DNA from: the human T2T-CHM13v2.0 reference genome, Homo sapiens
DNA length: 64,000 bases
Reading direction: 5' to 3' (one strand)
Assembly (NCBI RefSeq): GCF_009914755.1
Contig: NC_060926.1
Part shown: piece after piece, positions 21,026-33,243 of the stretch
How positions within the stretch are numbered: position 1 is the first letter of the stretch
Layout: each line of letters opens with the position of its first letter
Program-made: the position numbers and the translations under genes
The notes under the pieces: model-generated
The model's database searches: none
Told to the model about the DNA's origin: nothing
Seen by the model: the letters and a program-made list of their open reading frames with translations, nothing else

Positions 21026-21529
21026 TTCAGTCTTGAATACTTTTCTCCATTCCCCACAGCACCCCGCTCCCCAGTCGCAGACACCCTTGCCTGCTCTTGA
21101 TTTGCCTGTGACATTGCAGTGGTTAACATGGGCCCCCTTGCCTCCAGTCAGAAGGCAAATCAATCCCTTCCCTGCTCTAGCAGGATTGGAAGTCACTGAA
21201 CCTATTTGCTTCTCATTCAAAGTGATGGCAGCCAGAGGGTGGTGTGGCAGTGCTGGGATGGGTGGGGTGCAGGCAGTGGAGATGGCAGGAAGGACAAAAG
21301 CCTCAGCTGTTCTAGGGGACAGTGGCAGGAAGAGCCGCCTGTGATCCAGACAGACCCCAGTATAGGCATCTGCGCAGCATCTCTAAGACAGATGCAGCAT
21401 ATCCCACACAGGAGGAGGAAAGAGAAGGGTGAACCCTTCACGAGAGACTTTCAATTGTCTCTGATGGCTCATCCCTACCTCACAGCCTGCTGTGATGCTT
21501 AGAGTTCTCTAGGCAGCCATCCCTAATTG

Positions 21530-21980
21530 AGTATAATGGACTGAATGTCTGTGTCCCCCCTCAAATTCATATGTTGAAGCCCTAACCCTCAGTGTGGATG
21601 TATTTGGAGATGGGGCCTCTAAGGAAGTAATTAAGGTTAAATGAAGTCCTAGGGTGGGGTCTTGATCCAATAGGATTAATGTCCTTCTAAGAAGAAACAT
21701 CAGAGTGTGCCAGCATGTGCTCGTGCTCTCTCTCCTCTCTTCTCTCTCTGCCTCTGTCTGTCTCTCTCTGTCTCCTTGTGGAGGAATGAGGAAGGGCCAT
21801 GTGAACACACAGCAAGATGGCAGCTTCCTATAAGCCAAAGAAAGAGACCTCAGAATAAAACCTACCTTGCGGGCATTTTGATCTCGGACTTCTGGCTGCA
21901 GACTGTGAGAAATAAATTTCTGTTGTTTAAGCCACCCAGTCTGTGGTATTTTGTTACAGCAACCCAAACTGGCTGAGACA
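21530..21980. mobile_element. MLT1A/B-type solo LTR
   Basis: tggactgaatgt...caaattcatatgttgaagccctaaccc start; aataaatttctgttgtttaagccacccagtctgtggtattttgttacagca end. Confidence 0.85.
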
Positions 21981-23889
21981 TCGAATCATCATGAAGCCAC
22001 GGGGCAAAGGCATGGGAGTATTAACAGGCATAGCTTGTATCAGAAACGGGGAGTAGCATGGTGTGTCCAGAGGCCATGGCATTTAGAGAGGGGTGTAACT
22101 AGAGATGGAATCAGAGAGCTAGAGCCTCTATATCATCTATGGCAATGCAGGCCATGCCAGGGCCTTGGGACTTACCCTAAGAGCACTGAGGAATGATCTT
22201 CACATTTGCATTTAGAAAGAGCTATCTGACTGCTCTGTGCAGGCTTGATCAGTAGAAGTGGGGAGGAGCAGTGGAAAGGGTGGGGATGAAGGGGCAAGAG
22301 ATCAAGAGGCAGCTGTTCCATGGATCAACCATAGGGTAGATGTGGGCCATGGGAAGGGATGGGCCTGGTCACCAATTAGCTGCAGATGAAGAGGCAGTTT
22401 CTGGCCTGGATGATGATGAGTTGCACAAATAGTTCTCCCCTTGACAGAGACGTGATTGACTCCCAAGCCTGGGCAGGTCCCAGGTTCCAAACAGAACAGA
22501 AGTCCCCGAATCTTATTTCTACCACATTCAGTTGGTCAAAGCTAGTCACAGGCCAGCCCAGATTCAGTGCTGGTGGGGCCTATCTGACGGTGTGAATACA
22601 AGGAGGCTCAAGTCGCTGGGATCATTTCATAACACCCCACCACCACATCCAAGTTCCAGACAGGAAGAAAGGGAAAAACAAAGCCAAAGGCCAGAAGCAC
22701 TTGCCACCTAGCTAGGCCTATCCTTTTGAACAAGCTTTCCCCGAAGTCTCATTCAGTGCCTTCCTCTGGTCCAGAGAAAGAAATGGGTCACATGACTATC
22801 CCTAGCTGCAAGGGAGTCTGGGAAACAGTATTTTAACCTGAGCACACTGACACCACCAATAAAATCCAAATTCTCAGTAAGGAAGAAGGAGAGGATAGAT
22901 CTAGAGGAAGCAACTAGCAGGGCCTGCTTCAGAGGCCATGGAAGAGTTGGGGGGAACCACCACCACTAAGTGCTTTTATGGGAGAGAAGCCATGCTCAGC
23001 ATGCACCAAATTATGAGAAAATGGAGAGGCTGGTTCATTAGGTCTGGGGTGGGGTCCAAGGTGTGCATCTCCAACATGCTCCCAGGGCTGCTGATCCTGG
23101 CAGTAGGAAGATCACACTTGGAGTGGCCCTAAACTGGGTTATACTGGGGTCACAAGCAACCCCACATGTCAGAGGTTTAAATAGCTGAGGTTTGTTCCTT
23201 ACTCATGCAGCCTGTGCACTGTGAGTTGGCTGGGGCTTTGCGCCTGGGAGCCAGGTGGCCAGAGCATCTACCATCTGGAGCAGCACTGGTGACCAGGCCA
23301 GAGGGAAAGAAGTCATTCATGGCAAAGAATTAAGCAACTCTTAGAAGTCATTCAAGTCAAATGGCCATGCCCAACATCTGGCAGGGAGGGGAAGCCGGTA
23401 CTGGTGAACCATACTACAGACTATGACAGCTTCACAGAAGAGATGGGATTTAAGCAGAGGGGTCTTTGAAGGATAAATAGGAGCTTACTCTGTAGAGAAG
23501 GGGCCAGAACATTCGAGGCTGAGGGAACATCATAAATAACTATAACACCAATGTTGAGCACCTGTCGTGTACCAGAAGCATTCAAATCGTTTCCTGACTG
23601 GTCTTCATGAGAACACTGAGATATTATTAGTCCATTTTATAGAAGAGGAGGCTGGGGGTCTGAGATCAGCTGGCCACTTGCTGAAGGTCACAGGGCCAGA
23701 AAGTGGGGCCCAGGAAATCAAACCCAGTGTCCTGGCCCTTCCCTCCCCTGCCACAGTGGAGTCATGGAGCCTCGTGACTGTGTGGAGTGTTTGCAGAATA
23801 ATCTGTGTGATGCTCTTTCTCTGGAAATGGCCCCAACACCCAAAGGGTTTTTTGGGGGTGGATGGGGAATTATTAAGGGGTTGCAATAT

Positions 23890-24768
<879 letters not shown>

Positions 24769-25354
24769 TAAACATACAAGACAAAGGTGCCTGTGGGCTT
24801 CGTTGGGGTCTGGGAAAATGCTGCGCAGGAGCACTGCAGGAGGATGCCAGGCCCTAGGATGTCCTAGTTCATCTCCCTTCAGCTGGCTCTGGGGAGGAGG
24901 ATCTGTGGGAGCCCCGCATCCCATCCAAGATACACAAAACTTCTCTGCCAGTTGTTTAACTGCTTCACAGGCACAGACCTTGTCCCCAAGGAGTCGGAAT
25001 GTTCTCACGGGAAAACAGTCGATAACACACCCGAGTCTTCCTTTCCTTCATCTATAAAACAGAGGTGCTGGTGTCGCCCGCCTGCCTCACAGACAGTTGT
25101 GAAGTTTGAATGAACTAATGCCTGCAAAGGATGCAGAGAGAAGCTGGAGGCTCATTCTGCACCTGCTGCTGCTGTAGGCCTGCCACGCCCAGCCCGCTTG
25201 CGGGTCAAACTGGGGCGCTGACAGGAGCTGCTGTCTGCAGAGGCTGGGGGCCTCTGGGGCTATTTCCACAAACCCAGGAGAGTTCTGGGGCTGAAACAGC
25301 TAAAAAGAGGGCAGACCAGAGGTAAGATGGCTTCCTCATGACAGTTCTAGGGCC

Positions 25355-25890
25355 GAGGTTCTCAAACTGGAGCATGAGTGAAAATCCCCCTGATAGTGTT
25401 CAAACTCAGATAACAGCCTCCACCCTGCAGTTTCTGACTCGGGAGTCTGGGGTGCGGCCTGATAATTTGCATTGTAACAACTCCTCCTCCTCCGGCTCCT
25501 CTTCCTCTTCCTCCTTCTCTTCTTCTTTTTTTGAGACAGACTCTCGCTCTGTCACCCAGGCTGGGGTGCAGTGTCACGATCTCATGATCTCAGCTCACTG
25601 CAACCTCTGCCTCCTGCGTTCAAGCAATTTTCCTGCCTCAGCCTCCCAAGTAGCTGGGATTACAGGCACCCACCACCACACCCAGCTAATTTTTGTATCT
25701 TTAGTAGAGACAGGGTTTCACCACATTGGCCTTCTGGTCTCGAACTCCTGACCTCAAGTGATCTGCCTGCCTCGGCCTCCCAAAGTGCTGGGATTATAGG
25801 TGTGAGCCCCCGCACCTGGCCTGCATTCTAACACATTCTTAGGGGCTGCCGTTGCTGCTTACCTGGGGACTTCACTGTGAGAACCACTGC
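25355..25890. mobile_element. MER5A-like DNA transposon split by Alu (25526-25822, minus)
   Basis: ggttctcaaact ... tgagaaccactg terminal inverted repeats. Confidence 0.75.
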
Positions 25891-27592
25891 TCTAGAAAAT
25901 GAAGGAGAAAAAGATGTTCATTTTTGAGGACCGTGGACACATGGATTCCCTCCTCCTTCTCTTTTTTCCCTTTCCTTCCTTCTTTGTCCAATATTTAATT
26001 GAGCATTAAAATTGGGACTACAGAGAAAAAAAAAAGACAGAGTCTTGGCCTATAACAGAGAGTCTAGAGCTGGGCTGGCCAGATGGTCGCCGGCTGCCCA
26101 GGGACCCAGCCTGCTGTGACCGGACGCGGAGGAATCCCAATGAGTCAGCCTGCAGGTGGAAGGGAAACACCGTGTCCCAGGCCAGGGGCCAGGGCAGCTT
26201 GCCAGGTCCTGTGAGAGCCCAGGCAGAGCCCGGGCAGCCCTGTCCCTGGGGTTGGGTGGTCCCCAGGCGGCAGGACGCTGGGTGAGGAGCCGGTTTGTGG
26301 AAGAGCACCTGCGACAGGGCTGTGCCCGCCCAGGCCAGGCCTTCAGAGGCCACGATGGAAGGTGGATGAGAAGTACAGTGAGCAGGACAGACATCCTATG
26401 GGCAGTGGAATGGCCTTGGCTCAAGTTGTTCCATTTCCCCTTTTCAATACTCTGCCCCCCATGCTGAGCCCCGCAGGCTACCTTCCCATGGATCCACCCT
26501 CCAGGCTTCTGTAGCCTTCCATTCCCTCCCTCACCGACCTGGCTTTCATTCCTCAGGGGCCTCCTATTTTCAAAGGAGAGAACTAGCCACTTTGATCAGC
26601 ACGACCTAGGAGATGTCACCCTACACCAGTCAGAACCCGAGGACGATGCCAGAGGTGCCCCACGCAAAGGCACATCTCCAAGAGGGGCAGCAGACCTGGC
26701 CTCCCCTTCACCACTAGATCCATTTCTTCAACTGTGAAATGGGGCCAACAGGACATGTGTCGCCGGGCTGTGGGGATTTGATGAGATGATATCACAAAGA
26801 GGTTCTTTGTAACTGGTACAGTCCATAGCCAGGTCCTCTCCGCAGGAAAGCCCCAAGGCTGGAAGATCCCTTTGGGTTAACCCACCACTATTTCCTCAAA
26901 CTCTTCAATATTGACTTGTGCTTTGATTTGGGCCATCACTTGGGAGTCTCAGTTCCTTAAGGTGACTGCTTGTTATTCATTTGCTCTAATTTCATCTCTT
27001 GTGAGCTGCCAGCTCCCCAACTAGATAAACTGCAGACCCCACCCCCTAGTAGTCTCGTCTGTACCTCCTAGAGACATACCTTAGAAGAGGTGTTCTGGGG
27101 CCTGGAGAGGCATTTGGTGCCCTCACATCTACCTGCCATACCACATGCAGGGCAGCCTTTAACAAAGTCCAATCCTCAGGGTCTGTCCAAGCAAAGGGGG
27201 TGGACACAGAGAGGAGATTAAGGACCCAGACTCTGGAGACACCTGCTTGGCTTCAAATTCCTGTTCCACGACTTGATGACTATGTCTTTGGGTGAGTTAC
27301 TGTAAGACGAGGAGAGTCACCATACTCCCTCACTGGGTGGTTGTGAGGAGTGGATGGATGAACAGGTATAAAAGACTGGGGCCAGCCTGCACCTGGTGAG
27401 CTCCAGGTCAAAGTGAGCCCCTGCATTTGTAAGCGAGCCAAGCAGAAGCCACGAATGACGGCAGGGCTGCTTCATGTTGCTCCTGATTTCTGGTAATTTT
27501 CTGCTCTTACCACAGTCCCCTCCAGCACAACTGGACATGCTGCTGTAAGTGTAGTCTTCTTATCCATCACAATAGGTAATTTGCCTTTTTAA

Positions 27593-28032
<440 letters not shown>

Positions 28033-28159
28033 ACTGCTCCAGAAGCCCTAGCCAAAGTCTAAAGGCGGCCACTGGCCTGGGTGGCCAAGAGCTAACATCT
28101 TTACTCAAGGTTTTACACAATGCAGGGACTGTGCTGAATTCTTTACCTGGCTTGGGAGA

Positions 28160-28710
28160 AAAATGTTTAGCACAGTGACAAAAGGTTATCTATATCTATA
28201 GTAAATACAATTCTTTAAAATTGACAAAAGCAATACCAATAACCCAATAGAAAAATGGGCAAAGGATACAAATAGGCAGTTCTCAGAAGTGCAAATCAGA
28301 ATAACCAATAAACATGTGAAAAGATGCTTAGATTTATTAATAGAGAATTGCAAACTGAAGTACAAATGAGGCTGGGCATAGTGGCTTACACCTGTAATCC
28401 CAGCACTTTGGAAGGTGAAGGCAGCAGATCGTGTGAGCTCAGGAGTTTGAGCCTGGGCAACATGGTGAAACCCCGTCTCTACAAAAAAATTAAAAAATTA
28501 GCTGGGCATGGTGTTGTGTGCCTGTAGTCCCAGTTACTTGGAAGGCTGCGGTGGGAGGGTTGCTTGGTCCTGGGACTTCGAGGCTGCTGTGAGCCGTGAT
28601 TGCAACCCTGCACTCCAGCCTGGGCAACAGAGTGAGACCCCGTCTCAAAAAAAAAAAAAAAAAAAAAAAGATGCCACTGCTTCATCTATCAGAATGGCTA
28701 AAATGTAAAT
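28160..28710 (+). mobile_element. Old L1M ORF2-end fragment interrupted by Alu (28370-28669, plus)
   Basis: aacccaatagaaaaatgggcaaagga...aaacatgtgaaaagatgct resembles the L1 at 15355-15445. Confidence 0.8.
28333..28338 (-). terminator. Distal polyadenylation signal AATAAA
   Basis: tttatt on + strand; T-rich sequence downstream on minus strand; lies inside an L1 relic. Confidence 0.6.
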
Positions 28711-28761
28711 GATTCCACTTTGTAAAATAAACAATGTTAACCCGCATCTATGTGTATGTGG

Positions 28762-28970
28762 CAGGGTTTCCTCAACCTCGGCATTATTGATATTTGGGGC
28801 TGGACAATTCTTTGCTGTGGAGACTGTCCTGTGGACTGTAGTTTAGCAGCATCTCTAGCCTCCACTCCCTAGATGCCAGTAGCACCTCCCTCCAGTAGCA
28901 ACAAAAAATGTCCGCAGACACTGCTGAATGTCCCCTGGGGGGCAAATTGCCCCAAGTTGAGAACCACTTA
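28762..28970. mobile_element. MER20 DNA transposon
   Basis: cagggtttcctcaacctcggcattattgatatttgggg ... ggcaaattgccccaagttgagaaccact. Confidence 0.85.
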
Positions 28971-30587
28971 GTGTATAGGTAAACATGTATAGTTGTGTGC
29001 AATTTAATGAACACAATTAATTTTACCACCATTTTACATAAAAGGAAACTGAAGTGCATTTCTTAGGGTCCCACTGTAAGTTGAGGGCTTGAGATTCCAA
29101 GAAAAGTCTTATTTCAGAGCTCAGTGTCTTGCCCAAAACGCAGCCTCACTGCTCAATCACATTCTTGAGGTTTGATTGGCTGAACGCACGTGGAACATCA
29201 GGTTCATGTTTCCAAGCAAGAATCATGGGTTGGGGAAGGCAAGTGTTTACTGTGGTCCAGCTGAGGACTGTGGTGTCTGAAACTCTGTCACATGGGAGGC
29301 TACAGGCCCGGGGCTGGCTTGGCTCCCGTGAAAACACTGCAGCGGGCAGCCAGTCCGGAAGGCAGCATCTGGCAGGGCCTCCAGGCCTTCTGAGTAAGGA
29401 AGACCCCAGCTTGCAAAAGACATAGAGGCAGCACTGTGACTGGAACTGAATAGCCACACCTATATCACCCATATTCAAGGGCAAAGGGCCAGCAGCCAGG
29501 GTGGAAGTGGGGGCAGGAGGTGGGGAGGGGATGGCTGGACTCCTGATTCTTTTTCAGTTTCCCTCCCTTCTGGCTGTTGAACACCCAAGTACCTCCCCAC
29601 TGTCCTCTCCACTCTGTCCTTCCTACAAAGCACCCTCTAGAGTGCAGCCAGCTGGGCAAGGCATGGTCCTATAGGGGACAGTGTGCATGTGCATATGAAG
29701 CCTGCTGGGTACCTCAACCTTTGGCCTGATCATGAAGACGGTGAACTGGCTTGTTTGGGGCAGAAGACTACAAGTTCTGTGAGGGCAGGGCCCACATAGC
29801 TTGTGCATCTTAGGGTGCCTGGGACACAGTGGAGATCAAGGTTGGATGGATGCAGCATGGGGGAGGGAATGGTGAGGATGGGCATGGTCAGGTATCTGTC
29901 GGCTGGGACAAACCTCCCAGGCCATTGAGTCCAACTTGCGCGAAGATAGTCACTGGGGAGCTGCAGTGACACCTGAGCCTGTGAATAAACCAGGTCCTAT
30001 CAGGGGGCAGTGTGCACATGCACATGAAGCCTGCTGGGTACCTCAACCCAGGCAGTTACCCAGGTACCCTGCCGGGTAACTCAGAGTTGAGTTAAACCCT
30101 GCTCCTTGATGACCACTCGTGGTAGGACAGCGATGCTGCTTAAAGAACTTAAGGAACGAATCTGATTAAATAATTATGATTTAGCATTTTAAGTGGAAAC
30201 CTCTCATGGAGCTGCTTGTAGGAAACGCTGGCTGGCTGAGTTCCCTCCTTCTGCCCCTGCTGGACAAATGGCCTCGCTTGCTGTGCTGGGCTGGCAGAGC
30301 TGCAGGCCTCCAGGTTTCTGCTGGAAGCATCATCCCTTTCTTCTTTCAGGCTTTGTTGAGCCCCAGGTGGAGCTGATGGTGGCATCCTTTGGACCCCACT
30401 GTAAAGTCCTTGCAGACATCTGTCATGGCACGATGACAGCTTTACTGCACGTGCACTCACTTGAGGGCAGAGATCAGATCTTAAGATCCTACTGCAGAAA
30501 CCTAGGGCCAGTGACTCCTTGAGATGTCATCGTACCGATAGGTGGTGACGGTGGCTGTGCATTTCCACAATTTAGGGCTTTTTCTGT

Positions 30588-31200
30588 CCGTGGCTCTCAA
30601 TTCCGCTGCACCTTAGACTCTCTTGAAGATTTTCTAATGCCTAGGCCACACTCCAGGCCAATAAAATCAGAATCTGGGCAAGGCCTTGGGATCAATCTTT
30701 TTTTCAGACGGGGTCTCACTCTTGTCACCCGAGCTGGAGTGCAGTGGTGCGATCACAGCTCATTGCAGCCTTGAACTCCTGGGCTCACTTGCTCCTCTCA
30801 CCTCAGCCTCTTGAGTAGCTGGGACCACAGGCACATGTCACAACACCTGGCTAATTTTTGTAGATACGGGGTCTCACTGGGTTGCCCAGGCTAGTCTCAA
30901 ACTCCTAAGCTCAAGTGATCCTCCTGCCTGAGTCTCTTAAAGTGCTGGGACTGTAAGCGTGAGCCACTGTGCCCGGCCAGAATCAATCTTTTTTTTTTTC
31001 CTAAGACGGAGTCTCACTCTGTTGCCCAGGCTGGAGTGACATAATCTCGGCTCACTGCAACCTCCAACTCCCCGGTTCAAGTGATTCTCCTGCCTCAGCC
31101 TCCTGAGTAGCTGGGTGAAACCCCATCTCTACTAAAAATACAGAATCGATCTTTTTAAAAAGCTCCCTAAGTGTTTCTAAGGTCCAAAACTGAGAGCCTC
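30588..31200. mobile_element. MER5B-like element split by two Alus (30698-30978 and 30989-31142)
   Basis: ccaataaaatcagaatct and ttttaaaagctccc signatures; Alu consensus. Confidence 0.7.
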
Positions 31201-31629
31201 TAAGTGGACTTTGGACGGAAGTGGGGTGGAGGTTGATGGTGTAGGAACTTTGGAATTTTTGACTGTAGCTATTTTGGTGGTTGTAATTGAAGTAAAACTG
31301 CACCAGGGTCAGGAGACCTGCGGTAGGCCCAGCAACTCTGTGACCTATCTAAACTACACAACCTCAAGGGCAGGCTGTGGTACGGGGCTGCCCCACTGAG
31401 CCATCTGCAGAGGTGGTATCACTCAACGATGAAAGACTCAACGAACCAGCCTTTAACGACCAGTCTTTTCTATTTCAAGAGCAGTCTGGACTCTGACAGC
31501 CCCTGATTCAGGTGCAAACTAAAAATTTTAAGATTGGCAAGCAACAGACACTCCTTAAGTGGTTCCTAACTCTCCCCAGGTGCAGAACACTTAAGGGTCC
31601 CAACATCTGATTGAAACACAGCCCACACC

Positions 31630-32500
31630 AAACCACGAGATGGCACCTCATACACATTAGGGTGGCTACTATTAACAAGAACAAGGATGTGGAGAAATTG
31701 AAATTGTTGTACACCGTTGGTGGGAACATAAAATGGTGTAGCTGCTGTGGAAAATGGGACAGCAGTTCCCCCAGAAAAATTAAAGAATTACCATATGATC
31801 CAGCAATTCCACTTCTAGTATATATTCAAAGGAAAGCAGGGTCTGAGTTTTTGTTTTTTTTTTTTTTGAGACGGAATCTCACTCTGTCACCCAGGCTGGA
31901 GTGCAGTGGCGCAATCTCGGCTCACTGCAACCTCCACCTCCTGAGTTCAAGATTCTCCTGCCTCAGCCTCCCGAGTAGCTGGGATTATAGGCGCGCACCA
32001 CCACACCCAGCTAATTTTTGTATTTTTAGTAGAGATGGGGTTTTGCCATGTTGGCCAGGGTGGTCTCGAATCCTGACCTCAGATGATCTGCCCGCCTCGG
32101 CCTCCCAACGTATTGGGATTACAGGTGTGAACGCCTGGCCTGGCCTCAGATATCTGTATATCCATGTTCACAGCGTTATTTGCAACAGCCAAGAGGTGGA
32201 GGCAACCCAAGTGTCCACCAACAGATGAGTGATTAAACAAAATACGGTATATACACATGAGGAGGTATCAGCAGCCTCAAGCAAGAAGGCAATTCTGACA
32301 CATGCTACAGCATGGATGAACCTTGAGGACATTATGCTAAGTGAAATAAGCCGGTCACAAAAAGACATGCTGTACTTTTCCACTTGTATGAGGGACCTAG
32401 AGAAGTCAAATTCGTAGAGACAGAACGTAGAACAGTGGTTGCCAGGGGCTGGGGAGGTGGAAGGAATAGGGAGTTAGTGCTCAATGGATACAGACATTTG
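31630..32500 (+). mobile_element. L1M fragment interrupted by Alu (31847-32144, minus)
   Basis: [11 protein letters not shown] peptide and gcatggatgaaccttgaggacattatgctaagtgaaataagcc. Confidence 0.88.
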
Positions 32501-32593
32501 TACATATTATTTGGGGGTAGGGCAAAGTGAAGAGAAAAGAAGGTTCAAGTTCCAGACTGGGGATGAGACAAGGTGCTTCACCCCTTCCTCGGT

Positions 32594-32599
32594 TTTATT
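32594..32599 (-). terminator. Candidate proximal polyadenylation signal AATAAA
   Basis: First canonical hexamer I found downstream of the stop codon. Confidence 0.3.
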
Positions 32600-32710
32600 C
32601 TTACTCAATGCAGGATAGAAAATGTTTCAAAGACTCACAGGAATATCTGTGGGAATGCTGATAGTGTTTCTGGTGAGAACCCAAAAAAGAGACACTAAAA
32701 AAAATTAACT

Positions 32711-33243
32711 GGCCAGGCACGGTGGCTCACACCACCCAGCACTTTGGGAGGCCACAGTGGGAGGACCGCTTGAGCCTAGGAGTTTGAAACCAGCCTGAGC
32801 AATAAACCAAAACCCGTCTCTACAAAACAAATAAAAAAACTGTTAGAAGCAAGCAAGTAGGTATGGATATCACCCCAAAGGGCAAGGTGAGAAGGATGTC
32901 CAAACAGTGGCTAGCTAATGGCATCTGAGGATTCTGAAAGAACTCATAGCTCTGGCCGGCACAGTAGCTCACGCCTGTAAACCCAGCACTTTGGGAGGCT
33001 GAGGCAGGCGGATCACCTGAGATTAGGAGTTCGAGACTAGCCTGGCCAACATGGTGAAACCCCATCTCTACTAAAAATACAAAAATTAGCCAGGCGTGGT
33101 GGCGCATGCCTGTAATCTCAGCTACTCGGGAGGCTGAGGCAGGAGAATCGCTTGAACTCGGGAGATGGAGGTTGCAGTGGAGCCGAGATTGCGCCATTGC
33201 ACTCAGCCTGGGTAACAAGTGCAAAAGTGCATCTCAAAAAAAG
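32711..33243 (+). mobile_element. Alu monomer (32711-32839) and full Alu (32954-33243)
   Basis: Alu consensus. Confidence 0.92.

Noticed and set aside
31611-32228. 205-aa ORF
   Set aside because: Chimera of decayed L1 and antisense Alu translation
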